Assembly: GCA_963841435.1 (NCBI GenBank)
Contig: CAWJCS010000001.1
Span: 128,001-192,000, forward strand
Length of the DNA stretch: 64,000 nt
Direction: 5' to 3'
Source: an uncultured delta proteobacterium
GTDB taxonomy: Bacteria > Myxococcota_A > Polyangia > Polyangiales > Polyangiaceae
Below the pieces are notes generated by a model that saw nothing but the letters and a program-made list of their open reading frames with translations, was not told the DNA's origin and made no database searches. Positions 10,200 through 18,673 of this stretch are shown here, one piece after another. The position numbers and the translations under genes are program-made. Positions within the stretch are counted from its first letter, which is position 1. Every line of letters starts with the position of its first letter.

Positions 10200-10801
10200 G
10201 TGACAGAGAGCGAGAAAGCCTGGCTCGTGGACCTCGATGGGACGCTCTACGCCGCTGCCCCCGTGAAGGTTTGCATGGCCCTCGAGCTTCTGGTCGCGGG
10301 GCTCGGCTCGGCGCGCACGCTGCGGCGCTTTCGCCACGAGCACGAAGCCGTGCGGGCCCTCGCCGCGGAGGGCGACCCGTTCCGCCAGCAGCTCGAGCGC
10401 ACCGCCGCGGCCCTCGGCTCGAGCCCCGCCGAGGTCGAGGCGACGGTGCGCGCCTGGATGATCGAGCGACCCGGCAAGTGGCTCAGGCTCTTTCGACGCT
10501 CGTCGCTGCTCGCCGAGGAATCCGCGACTTTCGGGGGCGAGGCGGGCGCACCGCGCTCGTCAGTGACTACCCGGCGAGGGACAAGCTCAGGGCCATCGGC
10601 TCGCTCGAGCTCTTCGAGGTGGTCGTGGCGTCCGGCGAGCCCGGCGGCCCCCTGCGCCTCAAGCCCGACCCGAGTGGCATGTTGCGCGCCGCGGAGGCGC
10701 TCGGTGTCGCGCCGGCAGAGTGCCTCGTGATTGGCGACCGCGAAGACGCGGACGGCGCCGCGGCCCGCGCGGCCGGCATGACGTTCAGGAGGGTCGGCTG
10801 A
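10200..10801 (+). pseudogene. HAD-superfamily hydrolase split by a frameshift at about 10515-10520
   Basis: Motif I DLDGTLY is in the 10200 frame; motifs II-IV (LVSDY, KPDP, IGDREDADG) are in the 10271..10801 frame; may be a sequencing error. Confidence 0.75.
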
Positions 10802-11661
10802 TGCACGTCCAAGGCGACGTACGACGCGTGGAGGGACTTTTGCCCCGGGACTTCGTGGAGACGTACGAGCCCGTCGACGAGCCCATCGTGATCGCCGGAG
10901 CCGTGCTCGATTGGCCGGCCGTAGCGCTCTGGTCGCCCGACTACCTGAAAAAGCGCCTCGGCTCGATCTCTCTGCCGTCGAAGCTCTCGAGCACCCACCA
11001 ACACCCGAACTTTCACGCCCGAACACTCGCCGAGGCCTTTGCGCGCGATACGACCACGCTGTCGGAGCTCGTCGATGCCGTGACCACGGGTCCGCGCGAA
11101 GAGCGAGCGCGACGGCTGTTCACGGGTGACGAGCGCTTCGTGCTGCGGCAGCGCGACGGCACGGTGACACTCGACCCGGAGCTCTCGGTACTCTACCGCA
11201 ACGTCGAGCTTCCGAGCTTCATCGCCCGGGAGCGCCTGTACACGGTGTGGGCCTGGCTGAGCGGTCCCGGCGTGAGGACGTGGCTCCACTACGACAACAA
11301 CGGGTGCCACAACCTCAACGCGCAGATCACCGGGCGAAAACAGTGCCTACTGTTTTCGCCCGAGCAGATCGAGTGCCTCTACCCGTTCGCCCCCGGCGGT
11401 CCGAACCCAGCGACCAATTGCTCGGCGATTGACGTGGAAGCTCCCGATTTCGACCGCTTCCCCCTGTTTCGCGACGCGAGAGCGCTCGTCGCCACGCTCG
11501 AGCCGGGCGATCTGTTGTTCATCCCAGCGTGGTGGTCACATAGCTTCGTGCATCTCGGCGAGTTCAACACGAACATGAACTTCTGGTGGTTGCCGACGAT
11601 GCCGGTCGACAGCGCCGTTGCCCGGCGCGAAGCCGCCATGGCAGCCGCCGGCAAGAGCTGA
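10801..11661 (+). CDS. JmjC/cupin-like Fe(II)/2-oxoglutarate oxygenase
   Basis: WPAVALWSPDYL, TWLHYD (HxD), AQITGRK, PGDLLFIPAWWSH (distal His); start overlaps the HAD stop (TGATG). Confidence 0.88.
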   Translation: MHVQGDVRRVEGLLPRDFVETYEPVDEPIVIAGAVLDWPAVALWSPDYLKKRLGSISLPSKLSSTHQHPNFHARTLAEAFARDTTTLSELVDAVTTGPREERARRLFTGDERFVLRQRDGTVTLDPELSVLYRNVELPSFIARERLYTVWAWLSGPGVRTWLHYDNNGCHNLNAQITGRKQCLLFSPEQIECLYPFAPGGPNPATNCSAIDVEAPDFDRFPLFRDARALVATLEPGDLLFIPAWWSHSFVHLGEFNTNMNFWWLPTMPVDSAVARREAAMAAAGKS

Positions 11662-11664
11662 CCC

Positions 11665-13029
11665 TCACTTTTCGTGCCACGCCTTGAGCTGTACGAACGC
11701 GTCGATGCCGTAGGTCGATAGCGTCGATCCGATACCCGAGTGCTTGCGGCCGGTCCACGGCAGGCGAGGGCTCACGCGATCGCAGGCATTGACGTACACC
11801 GTGCCCGCGTTGACGCGCGCGAGCAGCCGCTCGGCCCGCGCCACGTCGCGCGTGTAGACGCCTGCGGTCAGTCCGTAGTCGGTGTCGTTCATCAGGCTCA
11901 CGGCGCCGTCGTCGCTCTGCACCGTTTGCACGCCAATCACGGGGCCGAAGCTCTCCTCGCGCATGAGCAGCATGGCGTGCGTCGCGCCTGCGATCACGGT
12001 CGGCTCGTAGTAGAAGCCGGGCCGCGCCGCGCGCTTGCCACCGCTCAGCACACGGCCGCCTTTGGCGACGGCGTCGGCGACCTGAGCGTCCAGCACGTCG
12101 AGCTGGGCCTCGCGCGCGAGCGGACCGATGTACGTCTCGGCGTCCTCGGGGTCACCGAGCTTCATGCCGCGCACGGCGGCGACGAAGGCCTCGAGGAAAG
12201 GGGCTTCCACGGCTTGGTGAACGTAGAGTCGCTCCACCGAGCAGCAGCTCTGCCCCGTGTTGTACATGGCCCCGTCGGCGAGGCTCTCGGCCGCGCTCGC
12301 AACGTCGGCGTCGTCGGCGACGTAGGTCGGATCCTTGCCGCCGAGCTCGAGGCCGAAACGCACGAGACGGGGCGCGAGGCGCTCGGCGATGCGGCGCCCC
12401 GTGGCGTAGCTGCCCGTGAAGAACACGCCGTCGAGCGCTTCCTCGACGAGCGCGCCACCGACTTCGCGCCCGCCGATCACGGCGATGAAAACGTCGGGGG
12501 GGACGCCCGCCTCGTGCAAGAGCGCCTCGATGGCGCCGCCCGTCCGCGTGGCGTTTTCGGAGGGCTTGTAGAGCACGGCGTTACCGGCGAGCAGCGCGGG
12601 GACGAAGACGTTCGAGCCCACGAACCACGGGTAGTTCCACGCCGAAATGTTGGCGATGACGCCGAGCGGCTCCTTGCGGATCAACTCGCGGAGCGCGCCG
12701 TCGGGCTGGTCGAGCACCACCGTTTCGGCGAGCACCTTCTCGGTCTCGCCGAGGAAAAAGTCGAGGCGCCCTGCCATGGCCGAGAGCTCGTTTTTCGACT
12801 GCGTGATGGGCTTTCCCATGTCGCGCGTCAGCGCGAGGGCGAGCCTGTCGCGACGCTCGGCGATGAGGTCGCGAAAGCGTGCGATCGCGGCGAGGCGCGT
12901 CGCGAGCGGCGTTGCCGCCCAGCCGGGCTGCGCGACGCGGGCCCGGTCGACGGCGAGCGCGACGGACCCCTCGTCGTCCTCCGGCACCTCGCCCGCGGGC
13001 TCGCCGGTCGCGGGATTGATGAGCTGCAT
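11665..13029 (-). CDS. Aldehyde dehydrogenase family protein
   Basis: INPATGE, AWNYP, FTGS, LELGGKDP, GQSCCSVER, REESFGPV, YGLTA. Confidence 0.95.
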   Translation of the reverse strand: MQLINPATGEPAGEVPEDDEGSVALAVDRARVAQPGWAATPLATRLAAIARFRDLIAERRDRLALALTRDMGKPITQSKNELSAMAGRLDFFLGETEKVLAETVVLDQPDGALRELIRKEPLGVIANISAWNYPWFVGSNVFVPALLAGNAVLYKPSENATRTGGAIEALLHEAGVPPDVFIAVIGGREVGGALVEEALDGVFFTGSYATGRRIAERLAPRLVRFGLELGGKDPTYVADDADVASAAESLADGAMYNTGQSCCSVERLYVHQAVEAPFLEAFVAAVRGMKLGDPEDAETYIGPLAREAQLDVLDAQVADAVAKGGRVLSGGKRAARPGFYYEPTVIAGATHAMLLMREESFGPVIGVQTVQSDDGAVSLMNDTDYGLTAGVYTRDVARAERLLARVNAGTVYVNACDRVSPRLPWTGRKHSGIGSTLSTYGIDAFVQLKAWHEK

Positions 13030-13097
13030 GTGTCCCCATTCTACTCCCGCGCAAGGGCCGCGGGGGTGCCGCTCGCTTCGCGGAGCCGTGCGGCCGT

Positions 13098-14285
13098 TCA
13101 GCCGAGCGCGCGCGTGAAGAGGTCCACGAAGTCGTGCTGCTGGACGGCCCGAGGGTTGTTCGCGTGGCACCCGTCGTGGACGGCGATCTCGACGAGCCTC
13201 GGGAGGTGTTCGGCGCGCACGCCGACCTCGGAGAGCGTGGACGGAATGCCCACGGTCGCGCGGAGTGTTTCGAGATAGCGCACGAACCCCGCGGCGTCGT
13301 GGCGTTCCGCGCCGGCGGCTCGCGCGAGGTCGCCCAGGCGGTCCGCCGCGACGCTCGCATTGAAGGTCATGGCGTACGGGATGGCGATGCCGTTCGCGAG
13401 CCCGTGGTGCAGGTCGCAGACGGTCGAGAGCGCGTGCGCGAGCGAGTGGGTCACGCCGAGCCCCTTCTGGAACGCGACGGCTCCCATCATCGCGGCGTTC
13501 AGCATCAGGCCTCGGGCCTCGAGATGCGCGGGGTCATCGAGCAGACCTCGCTCGCCCTGCTCGACGCGGCGCGCGAAGTCGACGGCGGGGACGAGCGCAC
13601 GTGCGACGAGCCGCACGCCCTCGAGCGCGATGCCGTCGCAGAGCGGATTGAAGCCACGCGCCAGGTACGATTCGACGAGGTGCGTGAGCGCGTCCATGCC
13701 CGTTGACGCCGTGATGGCCGCGGGAAGCCCGAGCGTGAGCTCCGGATCGAGCAGCACGTGCTTGGCCAGGAGCCGTGGCGAAAACACGATTTTCTTCACG
13801 TGCGTGACCTCGTCCGAGATCACGGTGCTGCGCCCCACCTCGCTGCCGGTTCCCGCCGTCGTGGGAATCGTGACGAAGAAGGGGATCTCCCGGTCGATGG
13901 GGCGCGCTCCGGGCTTCTCGTCCTCGTAGTCGAAGAGCTCGCCCGGGTGGTGCACCATGAGGATGACGGCCTTGGCGACGTCGATGGCAGCGCCGCCGCC
14001 GATGGCGACGACGGCGTCGGCACCGTGCGCTCGGTACGCCGCGACGCCCGCCGTGACCTGCGACGCGACGGGATTGCCCCACACGCCCGAAAACACCGAC
14101 ACGGCGAAGCCCTCGCCGGCTAGCCGCGCTTCGGTCTTCGTGACGGGCGCGAGCGGCGCGAGCCCGCGGTCGGTCACCACGAGCGGTCGCGCGAGGCCCG
14201 CACCCCTGAGCACGGCCCCTAGCTCCGTGACCGCGCCCGGGCCGTACTTGATGTGTGTGGGGAACGAGTACGAAAAAAGCGCCAT
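13098..14285 (-). CDS. Iron-containing alcohol dehydrogenase
   Basis: GGGAAIDVAK, IPTTAGTGSE, GMDALTHLVES, HSLAH, HHGLAN. Confidence 0.95.
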   Translation of the reverse strand: MALFSYSFPTHIKYGPGAVTELGAVLRGAGLARPLVVTDRGLAPLAPVTKTEARLAGEGFAVSVFSGVWGNPVASQVTAGVAAYRAHGADAVVAIGGGAAIDVAKAVILMVHHPGELFDYEDEKPGARPIDREIPFFVTIPTTAGTGSEVGRSTVISDEVTHVKKIVFSPRLLAKHVLLDPELTLGLPAAITASTGMDALTHLVESYLARGFNPLCDGIALEGVRLVARALVPAVDFARRVEQGERGLLDDPAHLEARGLMLNAAMMGAVAFQKGLGVTHSLAHALSTVCDLHHGLANGIAIPYAMTFNASVAADRLGDLARAAGAERHDAAGFVRYLETLRATVGIPSTLSEVGVRAEHLPRLVEIAVHDGCHANNPRAVQQHDFVDLFTRALG

Positions 14286-14403
14286 GGCTTACCTGATCGT
14301 GACCGGAAGCCGTCGTCAATTGCCCGCGACAAACCGGCGGGACGGGCGCCGCTGGCTTGGGCTCACCCGAGCCGCCGCGTCGCCGCCGCTTGCAGCGCCG
14401 CGG

Positions 14404-15774
14404 CTAGATGATCTCGAAGTACCTGGCGAGCTCCCAGTCGCTCACGGCGCGGCCGAACTGCCGCCATTCCCAGTGTCGCGTCGCCGCGAAGTGCTCCACG
14501 AACGCGTCGCCGAAGAGCTCTCGCGCGATTTTGCTCTTCTCGAAGCGAACCGTGGCCTCGAACAGATTCGACGGCAACGGCGCGCCCTTCTTGTCTGCAT
14601 AGCCGCTTCCCGTCACCGGGTCGGGCGGCAAGAGCTCGTGCTCGATGCCGTAGAGCCCGCTCGCGAGCGCGGCCGCGAGCGCGAGGTAGGCATTCGAGTC
14701 CGCGCCGTTCACGCGCGTCTCGAGTCGGGTCCCTTGTTTGCTCCCGACGATGCTGCGAAGCGCCGTCGTGCGGTTGTCGACGCCCCAGTTGGCGCGCGTC
14801 GGAGCCCAGGCGCCTTCGACGAGGCGCTTGTAGCTGTTGATGGTGGGCGCGTAGAGCGGGAGGATCTCGGGCATCAGCTGGAGCTGCCCGGCGACGTAGT
14901 GCTCGAAGAGCTTGCTCATGCCGCGCTCCGACTTGCCGTCGTAAAAGACGTTCTTCTCGGACTTGAGATCCCACAGGCTCTGGTGCACGTGGCCGCTCGA
15001 GCCCGGCAGGTCGGCGCGCCACTTGGCCATGAAGGTGGGCATGATGCCGAAGCGGTGGGCGATTTCCTTCGACCCCGCCTTGAAGAGCACGGCGCGGTCG
15101 GCCGCCTCGAGCGCCGGAGCGTAGCGAATGGCGGCTTCGAGGACGCCGGGGCCCGTCTCGGTGTGGAGCCCCTCGATGGGCACGCGGAAGCGCGCCATCT
15201 CGTCCATCAGCGCGTTCACGTAGTCCTTGTGCTGGTTCAGGCGCAAAAGCGAGTAGCCGAACATTCCCGGCGTGATGGGCTGGGGACGCACGTGGCCACG
15301 ATCGGCGAGCGCCTGTGGCGTCTCGCGAAAGTGGAAAAATTCGTATTCGAACGCCGCGACGGCGTCGTAGCCCGCCTCCCGAACCCGCCCGAGCACCCGC
15401 CTGAGCAGCTGCCGCGGGCAGATGGCGAGCGGTCCTCCCGCTCGGTCGACGAACTCGCCCAGAAGGAACGGGACGCCGCCGTCCCACGGCACTTCGCGGT
15501 ACGTGTCCGGATCGAGGCGCACGTCGGCGTCGGGGTAGCCCGTGTGCCAGCCCGTGTAGGTCGCGTTGTCGTAACAGGCGTCGCCCGCGTCCCAGCCGAA
15601 CACGACGTTGCAGAACCCGAAGCCGCTCTTCAGCGCCGACTTGAGCTTGTCGGGGTGGAGGTATTTCCCCCGCAGCACCCCATCGATATCGGTGATCGCG
15701 ACCTTGGCTTTCGTCGCGTGTGCTTTTTCGAGCTTCGCGAGCGTGTCACGGCCCGCCGATGCCGATTGACCCAT
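14404..15774 (-). CDS. Glutamine synthetase family protein (gamma-glutamyl-amine ligase type)
   Basis: DIDGVLRGK, EYEFF, HTETGPGVLE, TFMAKW, GSSGHVHQSLW, NSYKRL, WGVDNRT, RLETR, WELARYFE. Confidence 0.92.
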   Translation of the reverse strand: MGQSASAGRDTLAKLEKAHATKAKVAITDIDGVLRGKYLHPDKLKSALKSGFGFCNVVFGWDAGDACYDNATYTGWHTGYPDADVRLDPDTYREVPWDGGVPFLLGEFVDRAGGPLAICPRQLLRRVLGRVREAGYDAVAAFEYEFFHFRETPQALADRGHVRPQPITPGMFGYSLLRLNQHKDYVNALMDEMARFRVPIEGLHTETGPGVLEAAIRYAPALEAADRAVLFKAGSKEIAHRFGIMPTFMAKWRADLPGSSGHVHQSLWDLKSEKNVFYDGKSERGMSKLFEHYVAGQLQLMPEILPLYAPTINSYKRLVEGAWAPTRANWGVDNRTTALRSIVGSKQGTRLETRVNGADSNAYLALAAALASGLYGIEHELLPPDPVTGSGYADKKGAPLPSNLFEATVRFEKSKIARELFGDAFVEHFAATRHWEWRQFGRAVSDWELARYFEII

Positions 15775-15956
15775 GAAGGGGAGCCTATGTCGATCCTCCG
15801 TCGAGCCACAATTCCGGAGCAAATACCGGCTTCTATCGGGCCTTTTGCCCGGCGGGGCTCTAGCTAGAAGGGGGGAATTTCGCTATGGTGAGGGTACTCT
15901 GCCCCATCGACGCCCGCGCGTCGGTTCCACGCGACTCAAGGACTTGGGAGAATCCG

Positions 15957-17141
15957 ATGCGTCAACACTTGGCTTCTATGTTCATTCCCGTGGCAGCCCT
16001 CGCGCTCGGTGGCTGCTTCACGATCGGCGACGACAACAGCGATGACGACAGCGCTGGGGCGGCCGGCGACAGTAGCGGGGGGACGACCACGAGCGGGGGA
16101 ACCAGCGGCAGCGGCGGCTCGAGCGCAGGTCGAGGGGGGACTTCCGGGCGCGGTGGAACCTCGGGCAGCGGCGGCAGCAGCACGGGTGGCACCGGCGGCG
16201 GCAGCACGGGCGGCACGGGCGGCACGGGCGGCGGCTCGGGTGGAAGCAGTGGCTCCTCGGGCGGTTCCAGCCAGGCGGGGTGTCAGGCTGCCGCGGACAA
16301 GCTCGACAGCTGCGCGTTGCTCGACGGCAGCGTCAACTGCAAAACGGCACCGAGCGACCCACTTTCGGCGTGCGTCTTCGCCTGTTACGGGTCCGCGAGC
16401 TGTTCCGACATCGAGGCCACCGTCTGCACCGGGACCCTCGGAAGCTTCGCCGACTGCGTGAGTGCCTGCCAGGATGTCGAGCTCATGTGCGACGACGGCT
16501 CGTCTTACCCGGCGAGCTGGCGGTGCGACGGTCTCGCGGATTGTCCGAACGGGGAAGACGAGGCGGACTGCGCCGACGTCTTCGACTGCGGCGACGGCAC
16601 TTCGGTCGAGGGCTCGCACGCCTGCGACGGCGTCGTCGACTGCGAGAACGGCGCCGACGAGGCCAACTGCGCCACGTTCGTGTGTCCGGAGCCCCCGCCT
16701 CCGGAGCAGACGGCCACTTGTAGCGAGGCGGCCGCCAATCTCACCGACTGCGGGCTGCTCACGGCGCCGCAGATGACGGGTTGCCTCGACGCCGTGCCGC
16801 AGTCGGCGTGCGCCCTCGGCTGCCTCGCCACGGCGAGCTGCACGGACCTCACCGACTTCTTCTGCAACGGCGGTTCGCCCGTGTCGCTGTCCGACTGCGC
16901 GACGACCTGCTCGACGGCCTCGACGCTCTTTACATGCGGCAGCGGGGAGACGATCGACGGCGGCTGGCAATGCGACGACTACGACGACTGCGCGGACAGC
17001 AGCGACGAAGCGGGCTGCTCCCTCAAGTGCCAGAGCGGCGAGACCGTCCCGTACGCCTACCTGTGTGACGGCTTCTCCGATTGCGAGTCGGGCGACGACG
17101 AGGTCGGCTGCACCGCCGAGTGCGCCGCCGCCGCAAACTGA
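15957..17141 (+). CDS. Cys-rich lipoprotein with four LDL-receptor class A-like repeats
   Basis: Lipobox LALGGC, Gly/Ser/Thr linker, four C-x-xG-x8-C-D-x3-D-C-x4-DE-x2-C repeats. Confidence 0.8.
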   Translation: MRQHLASMFIPVAALALGGCFTIGDDNSDDDSAGAAGDSSGGTTTSGGTSGSGGSSAGRGGTSGRGGTSGSGGSSTGGTGGGSTGGTGGTGGGSGGSSGSSGGSSQAGCQAAADKLDSCALLDGSVNCKTAPSDPLSACVFACYGSASCSDIEATVCTGTLGSFADCVSACQDVELMCDDGSSYPASWRCDGLADCPNGEDEADCADVFDCGDGTSVEGSHACDGVVDCENGADEANCATFVCPEPPPPEQTATCSEAAANLTDCGLLTAPQMTGCLDAVPQSACALGCLATASCTDLTDFFCNGGSPVSLSDCATTCSTASTLFTCGSGETIDGGWQCDDYDDCADSSDEAGCSLKCQSGETVPYAYLCDGFSDCESGDDEVGCTAECAAAAN

Positions 17142-17209
17142 GCACCACGCCGAGGCTCCGCCCGTGGCCCGTCCGGCCGCGGGCGGCGGCGCCGCACGAG
17201 CGGGCTCGC

Positions 17210-18673
17210 TCAGGCGAGCAGGGCGTCGAAGACGCCGGCCTGCATGGTGCTGCCCCCCATGCCCTCGGCCACACCGAACCAGTCGGACTCGATGCCCATC
17301 GCGTTGACGATGGTGTTGAGGAGCTTGTTGTGAGGCGCGAGCTTGTCCTCGTAGGCGTTGCCGTCCTCACCGAGCAATAGGTACTGACCCTGCTTGAAGT
17401 AGTCGCCGCAGCTGCCGCAGAGGATGTACGGCAGATCCGTGTAGGAGTGGGCCTTGCCGTCGGCGAGCTCGTTGGAATAGAGGATGACGGAGTTGTCGAG
17501 CGCGGTCTTGCCGCCGTCCTCCATGTAGGAGTCGAGGCGCGAGAGGAGCCGCGCGAGCTTCGTCTGGTGCCAGGTGTCGATGGCGAAGAGCATGTCCTCG
17601 TAGCCCGCCACGTCGGCGCAGCCGTTGTCGGTGCTGTCGCCGAAGCAGTCGTCCTTGACCTTGCCGTGGGAAAGCTTGTGGTGGTTGTACTCGTGCATCA
17701 TGCCGTCCCAGCGGAACGTGGGACCGCCGGCGCCGCGGTCGAACTGCAGCGTCGCGACGCGCGTGTAGTCGCACGCGAGGGCGAGCGCCATGATGTCGAC
17801 TTGGAGCTCGGCGACGTCGGGGTAGTTCGACTCCATCTCGAGCGTGCGGGCCGGCATACCGTCGTAGGTTGACGTGCGGCTTTCTAGGTCCATGTCGTAG
17901 CAAGTCAGGCCGCTCTCCCCCATCGTCGTCTCGATCTCGCGGATGGCGGTGAAGTGGGCGTCGAGCTTGGCCTTGTCGTCGGCGCTGAGGGGCCCGCGCT
18001 TCAGGTCGTCCATCTGCTCGCTGACGAGGTCGAGCACGCTCTGCCGCCGCTTCGCGATGCGCTCTGCGGCCGCCACGGCCGTGGGGTCCGTGCTGTTCAG
18101 GTTGATGAACGCCGAGTAGGCATTCCAGGGGTTGTTGATGGCCGCGACCGCTTCGCCGGCACCGGTGTAAGAGATGTAGTCGAGCCCCTTGTAGTTGCCG
18201 CGGCGACCGGTCATCAGGTTCAACGCGGGGCGGCCGCTCGGGTTCACTATGTCGGCAATCACGTGGTCGACGGAGCGGCCGAGCGCGAGCCAGTCGGTGT
18301 CGTCGGCGAACTGCGCGGTGAGCTTGTGGGCCATGCCCTTGCCGTGGTCGTCGCCACCGCCGCCGTCGCGGTCGTAGCCGCGCGGGCTCATGTGGACACC
18401 GCGGGGGAAAAGGAGCTTGCCGAGATGCGGCAGGAGCGGCTCGTTCGCCGTGCCCATCAGGTGGGCGGGCGTCAGCGCACCGTAACCGCCGCTCGGGAAC
18501 CAGCGCGCCATGTTCACGCCGTTGCAGGCGAAGAACACGCCGAAACGCTTGATGGCGGCCGCCTGGGCGCCCGCTTGCTTGGCGGCGACAGCCTCGAGGA
18601 ACGGCAGCCCGACGACCGCGCCCCCGAACCCCTGGAGAAAGCGGCGACGGCGAAGCTTGGGAGGCACGATCAT
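17210..18673 (-). CDS. DUF1552 family protein (Tat-like signal)
   Basis: RRRRFLQGFGGAVVGLPFLEA, SVDHVIA, SVLDLV, ALACDYTRVATL, HHKLSH, LDNSVIL, HSYTDLPYIL. Confidence 0.88.
   Translation of the reverse strand: MIVPPKLRRRRFLQGFGGAVVGLPFLEAVAAKQAGAQAAAIKRFGVFFACNGVNMARWFPSGGYGALTPAHLMGTANEPLLPHLGKLLFPRGVHMSPRGYDRDGGGGDDHGKGMAHKLTAQFADDTDWLALGRSVDHVIADIVNPSGRPALNLMTGRRGNYKGLDYISYTGAGEAVAAINNPWNAYSAFINLNSTDPTAVAAAERIAKRRQSVLDLVSEQMDDLKRGPLSADDKAKLDAHFTAIREIETTMGESGLTCYDMDLESRTSTYDGMPARTLEMESNYPDVAELQVDIMALALACDYTRVATLQFDRGAGGPTFRWDGMMHEYNHHKLSHGKVKDDCFGDSTDNGCADVAGYEDMLFAIDTWHQTKLARLLSRLDSYMEDGGKTALDNSVILYSNELADGKAHSYTDLPYILCGSCGDYFKQGQYLLLGEDGNAYEDKLAPHNKLLNTIVNAMGIESDWFGVAEGMGGSTMQAGVFDALLA

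Noticed and set aside
8472-10343. 623-aa epimerase 'fusion' ORF
   Set aside because: The C-terminal half is just the antisense of cysE, reached through a probable 1-nt frameshift
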